Assembly (NCBI GenBank): GCA_973895155.1
Contig: OZ316891.1
Location: 10,727,875-10,791,874, forward strand
Reading direction: 5' to 3'
Length of the DNA stretch: 64,000 nucleotides
DNA from: Marsupella aquatica
Lineage: Eukaryota; Plantae; Marchantiophyta
Shown here: positions 13,438 through 23,911 of the stretch, one piece after another
Layout: every line of letters starts with the position of its first letter
How positions within the stretch are numbered: the stretch's first letter is position 1
The notes under the pieces: generated by a model
Seen by the model: the letters and a program-made list of their open reading frames with translations, nothing else
What the model was told of the DNA's origin: nothing
Database searches by the model: none
Translations under genes and position numbers: made by a program

Positions 13438-16428
13438 CCAAGAAATTTTGGTTTCACTATATGGGGGCCTCCATCATCACTTGCAACATTTTTAAGTCTC
13501 GGACCCCCTAAAATGTAAGATAATTTTTTTTTAACCCCTACAAAACTGAAATATTCCCAAATTGTCATTAAAAGTACCCTAATGGATTTATAAGTCTCAA
13601 AATTGGATTTAAGAGACCCTATTGTTCTTTTGAGAAGATTCTTAAGTCTTCTATGAGAATCAATTAATACTACCTTATACTTTGTGTCACAAGTGTGATC
13701 TGTTATTTTTGTGAAAATGAAACCCCCAAGCAGAGACCCTAGATGAAGTGCATGTTTTGGTACATCTACAAAGAAAATTCTGTAATATTAGAGGACTAAA
13801 ATGGCCTATTTGCACTTAAACTCAACTGCAGTTATGTACGGTTCCCTGTAAGCTGCTGCATTCTACAGGAACCAGCGTGTTATTTTCATGTGAAGTTCTG
13901 CCCACATTCCATCCCTTCAAAAAGTGTTGGCCACTTTTGGCAAAAAAAGCTAAATTAATTGTTTCCCATTGGCCAGTTTCCCAGCCACAATCTGATGGTC
14001 ATCCATAAATCTAGGGAGATCTATCGTCAATATTTAATTAGGAAAAATAGAGAGAAGATACCCAGATTCCTAGATAGCCAAGATTCCTAGCGTCAAAGAT
14101 AGACATTCGACAGACTGGCAACAAATAGAAACTTTGAATAAAAACGTTGAAAAATACCCTGCTATAGTGCTAGGGGCCCTTCAATTATATATATTGAAAG
14201 TCAGAATCGGATAAAGTGCATTGAATGCAATTATTGAATTAAATGCTGGAGACATGGAAGTGTGGAAGCAACCCCTGATGGAGATAAGTCGAAGAGGGGA
14301 GCGATCTTGGAAAATAGTGGAGGAGTGGAGGAGGGATATAGTCAAAGGCCACTCATGGGTCAGCAGCTAGAGCTACGATTCAGGACCGCACTGACTTAAA
14401 ATTCATCTCTGCAACATTGGAATTTTGTTGGGAAGTGTGCTCGCTCTAGAGTCTAGAGGATTGGATGGTGCTTCTAATCTGCTTTCATTTTTTTGGGCGT
14501 CTCGCATGTGGCGCTCGAGTGGAGAGCAACCCTGCAGAGCACTCAAATCTGAACACACGTAAAGCGCATCGACTGCTGAAAACAATCATGTTCGTCAGTT
14601 TAATGGTCCTCCTTTAGTTGTTTGAAGTAAGTAGAACTGACACTGATTCTGACATAAATTCTTGCTTGTCCTACCCATGAGTCTTAACTTCTTCCAAGGT
14701 GCTGTTTGGCCTACACTGCACATTCTGGATCCCGCTAGCTGGATCTTACTTCCCGAGAATCGACCTCCGTACCCAGTCTTCCTTGCAGCTTACAAAAAGT
14801 GAAAGAACCCAGAATGTTCGAATCGGGAGGTTTACAGGTATGACGATACCTTGCCAGGCTTCAATTGAGCTCTTCATTGCAGCTTACAAAAATTGAAAAG
14901 AAATCGAAAAGACGGAACCGAAATTCTTCAAACAGCGGCTGTCATCAATGCGGCTTACAAATATTGAAAAAGTCAGGGAAAGGACGGAACCCAAAATGCC
15001 CGAATGCTCAGGAGAGTTATAGGTATGACGGGATCTTGTAAAGCCTGTTGAAAGCAGGAAGGAGAACAGCTATGCACGTTTCGAATGGATCACAATTATT
15101 ATATCAATCATGAAAAATGATGGAATCGTTCATCAAGAAATATATAGAAGAGATAGAAAAAGCGGTTTCTGAAAGGGTGCCATGAGATGCAAATGGGCCA
15201 AAAAGCTTAACCAGCAAATCTTTATAGAACTGAATTGAAAATGACATGGATAAATAATTTCTAGGGAAAATATTAGATGTTTGGATTTAAACACTGCAAG
15301 AGTGTGATGATCTAATAATGACTGGGACACGGATGTTTAATGAGGGGGCAAACGAGGTGCACTACCGGTAGTATCCGCGGCTAGAGATCTAGTATGGACC
15401 ACTGGAACTTTGTAGCGTCACTGAAGTCTGATGATGAAAAAGAGTTGCCAGAACAAATAGTGGTGTTTCTATGGAGCGTGTCCGTGCATGAATGTCTAAA
15501 GCTACTTGTCAACGAACCTATCAAACAATGAAATCCTCCAAATATCTCAATAACGAAAGGAAAAAAACTCAAAATATCTCATAACAAAAGGAAAAACTCG
15601 AGTCCTTGCTGTTTGCTGTTGTCGCCCAAGTCACTGCTGCCCTGTCTATGTCCTGGCGCAAAAAGTAAGCTATCACAGAATCAATGAACTCTAGTAAAAT
15701 ACAGATGTTAAAAAAAAACAATAATTAAAGATGGTCAACGAGAGGCTGTACATCATAGTGAGTCGCAAAAGAGAAGATTATTGTGCATGGTAGAAAGTGA
15801 GAGGGTAAAAGCAGTGGTTCAGAGGACAATTCGTAACATTACCGAAGAAAGGTTGAGAATCTCTCAAACGGAAAGCCCGGAATAACTAGGCGCTGGGGTC
15901 CGGAGTGGGGAGTGCCTGACTGCTTGCCAAGCGGGCACTCATTAAAGCGAGACTAAGTTCAGCAACTATGAAATGCTGTTGGCCTGGTCCCCGTTCGTGC
16001 TCGTGCTAAGCGCACACTGCACTTGCGATAATTCTCACTGAACTCCTGAGTTTCTTTCGTGCCAAAAAACAAACAGTGGAATGCTGTTGAGCTCCGTCCA
16101 CGGCGGCACTTCCAACTAGGATAAAGTTTTAGTCTACAGATCCCCAATTGGCAAAGAGAGGGAATCTCGAGGGTCCAGAATTGTTGTCGTTAGCTTGGCA
16201 CATGATCCGGTTTACCCCACCACTATTGAATACAGTGCTGGATAGTTTCAGGATAGAGTTCTCTGGGTGAGTGGTACTACTCCTTTGTATAAGGCATCAG
16301 TTGAGATTTGGGAGATACAGGGTAGCTCCTGTTTCGCTGACTAACTGATTTGACCCCAGGGACGTCCCAGAGACTCATCGACTAATTCATTGTTTCCTCG
16401 ATTCTTTTGCCCCATTTATTGAACCTGC

Positions 16429-17043
16429 GAAATCTGGGAGAAAGCAATTCAACACTCTATTAGAATTCCTTTCGCCGGCCAATTGTTTGACATGTCATGA
16501 AGCCCCATTCTTTGAAACAATGAAATCTGGGAGAAAGCAACTCAATACTAGAATTCCTTTTCGCCAATTGTCTGGCATGTCATGAAGCCCCATTCGTTGA
16601 AACTATGAAATCTGACTGGGAGATAGCTACTCAGTACTCTATTAGAATTCCTGTCGCCAATTGTCTGGCATGCCATGAAGCCCCATTCGTTGAAACTATG
16701 AAATCTGGGAGAAAGCAACTCAACACTCTTTTGGTACTCCTTCCGCCAATTGTCTGGCATGTCATCAAGTCCCATTCGTTGAAACCCCGGTTTAAAACTA
16801 TGAAACCTGGGAGAAAGCAACTTCATACTCTATTAGAAAAATTGTCCCGCATGTCATGAAGCCCCATTCGATTAAACTATGAAATCTGGTAGAAAGCAAC
16901 CCAATACTCTATTAGAATTCCTGTCGTCAATTGTCTTGCATGTCATGAAGCCCCATTCCTCGAACAAACTATGACATCAGGGAGAAAGCAACTCAATAAT
17001 CTATTAGGATTCCTTCCGCCAATTGTCTGGCATGTCATGAAGC
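16429..17043. repeat. Minisatellite, 7 copies of a ~88 bp unit
   Basis: Unit gaaatctgggagaaagcaactcaatactctattagaattcctttcgccaattgtctggcatgtcatgaagccccattcgttgaaactat starts at ~16429, 16522, 16607, 16700, 16802, 16881 and 16973. Confidence 0.92.
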
Positions 17044-17203
17044 GTGCTTGCTGGCTACAATCAGCCAAACCTCTGCGTCATTCTGCTATTTAGACAGTCT
17101 GGCTGGAACTCTTCTGTTGACCGTGATTGTCTTCGGTTAGACCCCAAACCCAGTACCACAAATCTAGACTGAAGCGGCAGGTTGTTTGATCGGTGTCCCA
17201 AAG

Positions 17204-18691
17204 TTTTTTTGCCTTGAAACATCAAATTGAATTCCATTCAAAGAGACAGCATACAACAGGGTGGCCCACAAGAGGGGGACAACACCCAAGGGGGACCGGA
17301 GGTCGCAGTGCAGGAAACCGGTGAAGCCGGCACCAAGGTAGAGGAGAGGCCTCATCAGCGAGACAACTAAACAAGACGTTCAACAACTGTAGAGGGAGCA
17401 GCACACTCCGTAAGACCAGCCAGTGAAGAGGCCCCGGCGAGGGACCATCCAGTGGATCCATGACAAGAAGAAATCCTGTCGATCTATCTACAAGACAAAC
17501 CCCTACCCAGAAAGCAAAGGACCCCTCAAGGGGGTCTAGGAGGCACTGGGGGAACCTGGAGAATCTCCTCATGAGTCTCCCAAAGGCCAGCATATGAGCC
17601 ATAATTCAGAGCCATATCAGCAAAGATACCGTTCATAGTAGCCTTCCCAAGCCTTATCTTCTGTCTGTGACGGGCCCAATCCTTTTGCATATAGACGGTG
17701 AGCCTATGCCAAGATTTGCGGATGACAGCCTGAGGGTCAGAGCGAGTATGTTCAATAAAATGTGAGCTCCTATCTTTCCAAATGTTCCAACTAACAATGG
17801 CCCTAAGGATGTCCCAAAGCTTCTGAGGTACATCCCACATCTCTGGGAGCTGTACAGCTAGGAAAATGTGGGCAGGCTCCAAGGCCGAGTGGAATTGGCC
17901 AGTGGGTGAAGCCAGCCGCAAAGTATATAGGACCCAATTCCACACAAGCTGAGAGATGGGACAACTCCAAATGCAATGAACAATGTCCTCTTGCACCCCA
18001 TTGTTGCAACGTGAGCACCAGGTGGTAGGATCCGATGCGGAGAGGGTAGGAAAACGCCAGTGTTGAGTAGCGGGCATACGGTAGATCATCTGCCAAAGAA
18101 AAAAATTCTCAGAAGCAGCCCGAAATTTGAGCCAGGTCCGACGCCACAGCTCCTGTGGGTTGGGTTGCCAAAGAAGACGGGTCGACCACTTGTGCAGTGC
18201 TCTATGCAAAACACGTCTCTCCTGGCCCTGCATCTCCCGAAGGTGCGCTGTGTTGGTATCGAAAAAGGGCCTGCCATCCTTCCAACTGTACTGGGTAGCA
18301 GCCTCCAAGTCCCCACATGGTCTTCCAATGCGCTGCCAGGCACCCGCCCTAGGGGATGTTCGTATCAATACCGGGTGGAGAGAGACCGATGGTGGGGGTT
18401 GGGATTTTGCAGTGGGCACTAGGAATCCATTACAGACAGTGAAGGTACGGGTATCAATGCTAGCAGCAAAGAAAATACGCCAGTGCGAGGTGTAGTGATC
18501 CTTTTGCACCTTGAATTCCCACACCACGTGGGAAAGATTAGGGAGAAGTCCTTCCATGTAAGTTACTGTCTGTTGCCGCCGATCAGAATCCAACTCCGGG
18601 ACAGTCCGCAGGTTGGTGAGCATTTTGCGATAAGCATGAGCACAGCTACGGGGAAGCCGATTGCACGGGCCATCTTCCCAGACCAGGGGCT
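17204..18691 (-). mobile_element. 5'-truncated L1-clade LINE: ORF2 C-terminus with zf-RVT zinc knuckle, 3' UTR and short poly(A)
   Basis: Open frame 18691->17526 with ELWRRTW...FFLWQMIYRMPAT, CSRCNNGVQEDIVHCIWSC and WNIWKDR motifs; T7 tract at 17204-17210 abuts the TSD copy at 17189-17203. Confidence 0.9.
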
Positions 18692-18960
18692 GCATAGACG
18701 ACATTCGCAACGACAAGCCCATGAACCATCCAACGCACTTTCGTCGACACAGAGAGATACGTGGTTCACCTCCACATGAGGCTACGTCCACGGGAACACA
18801 CAAGAGCTTTACTGCACTCTAGGCCGACCGGCCATACCAAGCATCCACAGCACAAGCTCTCCCTATCTCTCAACTAGCTCCGTAACAATGAGCCTAAGTT
18901 CCACCAGGGTCTGGCATCAGCCCTGGCTATATGCACAACAGCACTACCGCTAACCTTAGC
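18692..18960 (-). mobile_element. Partial Copia LTR (LTR positions ~70-338), inverted relative to the adjacent pol
   Basis: Colinear with solo LTR 11948-12216; lacks the terminal 6 nt at one end and ~69 nt at the other. Confidence 0.92.
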
Positions 18961-21900
18961 ATGTACTTTTCACATTTGCTCTAGAAGAGATTATTTCAGT
19001 TCTTACACGGTTTCCAACGGGTCAGTGTTGATGGGAAATGGAATCTCATGTCAAGTTGTTGGACTTGGATCTGTACGATTTCAGATGTTTGATGGTGCTG
19101 TGAGAACATTGAGGAATGTGAGACATATTCCCAACATAATGAAAAATCTCATTTCACTTGGAGTTTTAGAGGCAAATGGCCATCAGTGGAGTTCTGCTAA
19201 TGGTGTCCTTCAGGTTTCAACTGGTACTAAAGTTGTATTGAAGGGAAACAGACATTGAAAATCTATACGTTATGGAGGGCAGTGTAGTCTATGATGAAGC
19301 CAATGTAACCTTATCTCATGAGGAGACGGCCCGGCTGTGGCACTTCCGTTTGGGCCACATGAGTGAAAAAGGTTTGGTTATTCTTCAGAAGAAAGGATTA
19401 CTTTCTAATTTGCAATCTTGTAAGTTGGAATTTTGTGAGCACTGTGTGCTAGGGAAGCAGCACAGGAAACCCTTCGGAGTTGGAACTCACACCAGCAAGG
19501 AGGTACTTGAGTATGTACATAGTGATGTGTGGGGTCCCGCCCCTACTCCCTCACATTCTGGACGGTTATACTATGTCACGTTCATTGACGATTACTCAAG
19601 GTATGTGTGAATATACTTTATACACAATAAATCTGATGTTTTTGCCACTTTTAAGGAGTGGAAAGCCCAAGTTGAAAATCAGACTGGTAATAAGGTGAGA
19701 TATCTTCGATCGGATAATGGCGGTGAATACAGTTCCGGTGAATTTGGAATGTATTGTAAGGAGCAGGGGATTACCCGCCATCTCACAACAAGCTATACTC
19801 CTCAGCAGAATGGTGTTTCTGAGAGACTCAATCGAACACTATTGGACCGCTCGAGGAGTATGTTGAGTCAATCATGCTTACCACATGAGTTTTGGGCTGA
19901 AGCTGTCAACACTGCAGCTTATTTGGTAAATTTTTCTCCATCCAGTTCTATTGGATTCAAGACGCCATTTGAAATGAGGTACGGGTGTCCAGCAGATTAC
20001 TCACATCTGAGGATTTTTGGATGTGATGCTTATGTGCTTACACCTTCCCAGCTTCGATCCAAGCTGGACTCCAAGTCGAAGAAGTGCATTTTCCTTGGTT
20101 ATCAGAAAGGTGTGAAGGGTTATAGGTTATGGGATCCAGTAACCTGTAAACTAATTGTCAGTAGAGATGTGTCCTTTAATGAATCCAGATCATCAAAGGA
20201 GGGAGAGAGTTCTCAGGACTCCTATACTGACAAGGGGAAATCTCCCATCCCGGACCGGGTTGAGGGGAAGATTAGTCATGATGCAGTTCATGACAGGAGA
20301 GATGGAGAAGCTCCGGGCTTCGAGCTAGTTCCTGTGATGGAACAAGAGGAGAAAATTGTTGCTGGGGTACCTCAAATTCAACCAGCAGCAGCAACAGATC
20401 AGCCTGAGTCATCTACTAGAAGAACTTCCAGTCGTTCTACTAGAGCTCCTACCAGGCATGGTCAATGGGCAAACTCATCTAAGCTAGATGATATTGACAT
20501 TGCACCTGATGAAGATGATATGGCTTTGATCTTGGAAGAAGGAGAGCCTTCTTCGTATAGTGAGGCTTGTGCTTCAGAGCAGAAGCATGAGTGGAATGCA
20601 ACAATGCAGAGGGAGTTGCAATCTTTGAGTGACAACAAGACATGAGAGCTGGTGGAGCTTCCAAGAGGTCAACAAGTGGTGGACAGCAAGTGGATTTACA
20701 AGTTGAAGGAAAGTCCTTCAGAGGGTGGAGATAAGATCTACAAGGCAAGGCTTGTTGCCAAGGGGTTCACCGGTGGCTAAGTATTCCACAATTCGGATCT
20801 TGTGTCAGCTTGTTGTGTTTTTTAATCTGGTGATGGATCAGATGGATGTTGTTACTGCTTTTCTCTATGGCAACTTGGAAGAGATGATCTTCATGAGACA
20901 GCCACTAGGCTTTATGAAGAAGGGCCAAGAGAACTTAGTTTGCAGATTGCTCAAATCCTTGTATGGATTGAAGCAGTCTCCCAGACAGTGGAACAAGCGG
21001 TTTGATGATTTCATGTTTGCTCAAGGTTTTACAAGGATGGTGTATGATCCTTGTGTGTATACGAAATCAGTCAAGAATGATGTATTTGGTTTCATCATTC
21101 TAGTGATCTATGTGAATGACATGCTAATTGTGGCTAAAGATCAATCTGAGGTTGACAGTCTCAAGGCGAAATTGAACGCTGAATTCAGGATGAAGGATCT
21201 TGGTAAGGCCAAGAGGATCTTAGGGATGGAGATTTTTAGGAACTCTGAGATTGAACAGTTGTGCTTGAGTCAAGGCCAGTATGCGAGGAAAGTACTTGCA
21301 CGATTCAACATGGAGAACTGTAAGCCAGTGAGTATTCCTTTAGCTTCACATTTCAAGTTATCATCAGCTTTCTCTCCTACGGATGCTGTGGAGAAAGGTC
21401 TGATGGCTAAGATTCCTTATGAGAAGGCTACTGGCAGTCTGATGTATTTGATGACTTGTACTAGGCCTGACTTGGCCCTAGCGATGGGCAAGGTTAGCAG
21501 ATTTATGTCAAATCCAGGGAAGGTACATTGGGAAGCTGTGAAATGGGTTCTCAGGTATGTGAAGGGAACACAGGACTATGGATTACTATTTGATAACAGA
21601 TCAAATAGAACGTTAGTTGGCTATGTAGATTCTGACTATGGAGGCTGTCTGGATACAAGGAGATCTACAACTGGGTTTGTATACACTCTTGGAGGAGGAT
21701 GTATCAGTTGGAAATCTACCTTGCAGAAGTGCATATCTCAGTCTACTATAGAAGCAGAGTATGTTGCAGCAGCAGAAGCTGCAAAGGAAGCAATTTGGTT
21801 GGATAAGTTGATCGCGGAGGTGGGTTTAGAGCATGGAAAAATGACTCTAAACTGTGATAGTTAGAGTGCTCTTCACTTGGCTGCTAACCAGGTGATGGAT

Positions 21901-22077
21901 AGCAAGGTGAAGCACATTGATATCAGGTACCATTTTATCAGGCAAGCAGTGTCTGATAAAACTTTTGAGCTAGTCAAGATTGATGGAAAGCTCAATCCCG
22001 CTGATGCCTTTACCAAAATGATTCCTTTGGAGAGTTTCTCAAGACACCGTGCTACTTTGCAGGTTTTGCAGTTGTAG
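18958..22077 (+). pseudogene. Degenerate Ty1/Copia (Tnt1/Tork-like) pol, from protease through integrase, RT and RNase H; no gag, PBS or 5' LTR
   Basis: Begins at the protease motif ACTFHIC. Contains LWHFRLGHMSEKG, CEHC, VHSDVWGP, LRSDNGGEY, QQNGVSERLN, QMDVVTAFLYG, SLYGLKQSPRQW, YVNDMLI (mutated YVDD), GYVDSDYGG, KHIDIRYHFIR, NPADAFTK. Stops at 19608, 20643, 21862; frameshifts near 19258 and 20770. Confidence 0.95.
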
Positions 22078-22284
22078 TGCAAGTAGAGTTATTTAGCAAT
22101 GTGTGACTATTTGTATATGGATTACTCATTCCTGTTAGGCTATGGCTTAGTTCTAGTTAACCCTTAGTTAACCGTTAGTTAACCCTTGTGGTTTTTAGGG
22201 GGAGACCTGGTTTGGTGATTGTCTAGAACTTCTTGCTGAGGATTCCATATGGTAGCATTTAGTCCAGTCCCCAAGACAAGAGTC

Positions 22285-22442
22285 AAGGGGAAGTTTGTTA
22301 GATATTGCTCTAGTCTTGTGACTCTTGTGCTAACCACAGTTAGGCTAACTCGGGTTAGGACCTAGCTAAGGTTAGTGGTAATGCTATTGTGCATATAGCC
22401 AGGGCTGATGTCAAACCCTGGTGGAACTTAGACTCATTGTTA
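22285..22442 (+). mobile_element. Polypurine tract plus truncated 3' LTR (first 147 bp, 22296-22442) of the Copia element
   Basis: aaggggaag is followed by tt and then TGTTAGA, matching the start of the reverse-complemented solo LTR; homology stops at 22442. Confidence 0.9.
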
Positions 22443-22514
22443 GTAAAGATGTGTCCTTTAATGAATCCAGATCATCAAAGGAGGAGGAGAGTTCTCAGGA
22501 CTCCCATACTGACA
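22436..22514 (+). repeat. 79-bp copy of Copia internal sequence 20154-20232
   Basis: attgttagtaaagatgtgtcctttaatgaatccagatcatcaaagg...ctcccatactgaca versus attgtcagtagagatgtgtcc...ctcctatactgaca. Confidence 0.9.
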
Positions 22515-23911
22515 TCGGTGTCCCAAAGTTGGGACAACAGAATTATACAGGGATCGAGTGTGTTCGAGTTTTGCTGACAGCGTTATCTTCCACCTAGGTT
22601 TATCGATAACTATCACGTGTTTGATAATGCACATGAATGTAAGCTATTTTTGAATGTATACTGTCATATGGAAAAGCCAACAGGAATCCGTTTTAGCACG
22701 GAACTGACGGCCACTCACGCTCTACTTTTACAAAGTTTGCCCTACGCAAGTTCGTAGAGTAAATTAGCAATAGGTAGTACAAAGTACGAAACTTTCGAGC
22801 CGTGTAAAACAGACAATGCCTTCCATAATGCATGAAAGCACTCGAGAGTTTCTGTCGTGTCGGGGGCAGGGCACATACTGATAGTCAATCATGAAGCCTA
22901 CAAAAGACTAGTACCCTTTTCCAGGGATGCAGTGACGTACGACACTGTCGACTGGAATAAAAAAAGCAAGAGATTCCAGCATGTTTCCGGGTAAACAGGG
23001 CCCACAGAGTGATGAGTGCCCACAGGAATTGCATGGCATAAATTGAAGACGACAAACCTAGCTCGCTTTCAAAGGCCATGCATGCCGATCGATCAAAAGC
23101 GAACAGAGTTATTCTAGCCCAATGAGCCCTGACTCGAGTTGACACACGGATCTGAATTTCAAACAAAACTGGCAATTGGATTACTTGAGGAGCAGAACTG
23201 ATACAAGTCATCATATGCAAAATCCGCAACAATGATAAGTAAAACTCCCGTCCCAGACGGATGTAAAGTGAGCTCTTAGTAGAGCTCCAAGATGATCCTA
23301 TGCTGGCAAACAATATAGCTGAACTGGAATGTCTTCTGAGGGATGACACTTTTTTTTATTCTCAATAAGATTTTTACTTTTGAATTTGTGTTGCCGCAGG
23401 TATGCATGTACAAGTGACTCGGAATTTTCTAGACTTGAGTAGTATATACATAGATTCACCTTAAGCCCTCCAATGGAAGTCAATTTGCCGAAGTCTAAAA
23501 AATTCGAAAGATAAGTATACTGCTGTGAACTAATTGAGAATTGTCAATTGAATAACTAAGGACCCAAGCGCACGCTGGTGTCGTTTGCTCCTCAACAGTG
23601 GGTGAGTTGCAAGAGTAGGCCATGTGATCGTTGATGTCGATCCACATTTAGTTTGTATCTTACACCCGGACTCGCTCTGATGGAATTGTACGTGAACAAA
23701 AGGAGACGACACCAGATGCCAACTTCACTTATCTGGTATTCATCTGTTTATGAAGGAGATTCGGCTTTCGGGACATACAGGACGTTGCTCGATCGGTCCG
23801 CTGTTGGTTGTCCCTCTACTAAGCAATTATTCTCCATTGAATTTTGTGTTGATGTCCTGAAATTATCACCTAGATTGAGAACTCACGGTACCTCTCATCG
23901 ATGTTTCAATT

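Noticed and set aside
16429-17043. CRISPR-like array
   Set aside because: The whole unit is repeated with no unique spacers, the context is eukaryotic and there are no cas genes; it is a minisatellite.
17526-18803. 425-aa ORF as a host gene
   Set aside because: The first ~37 codons are LTR-derived and the rest is LINE ORF2.
18692-22442. Intact Copia element with two LTRs
   Set aside because: The left LTR is inverted and partial, gag and PBS are missing, the right LTR is truncated and there is no 5-bp TSD.
22885-23349. 154-aa minus-strand ORF downstream of the O-FucT gene
   Set aside because: No domain or splice support; likely 3' flank.
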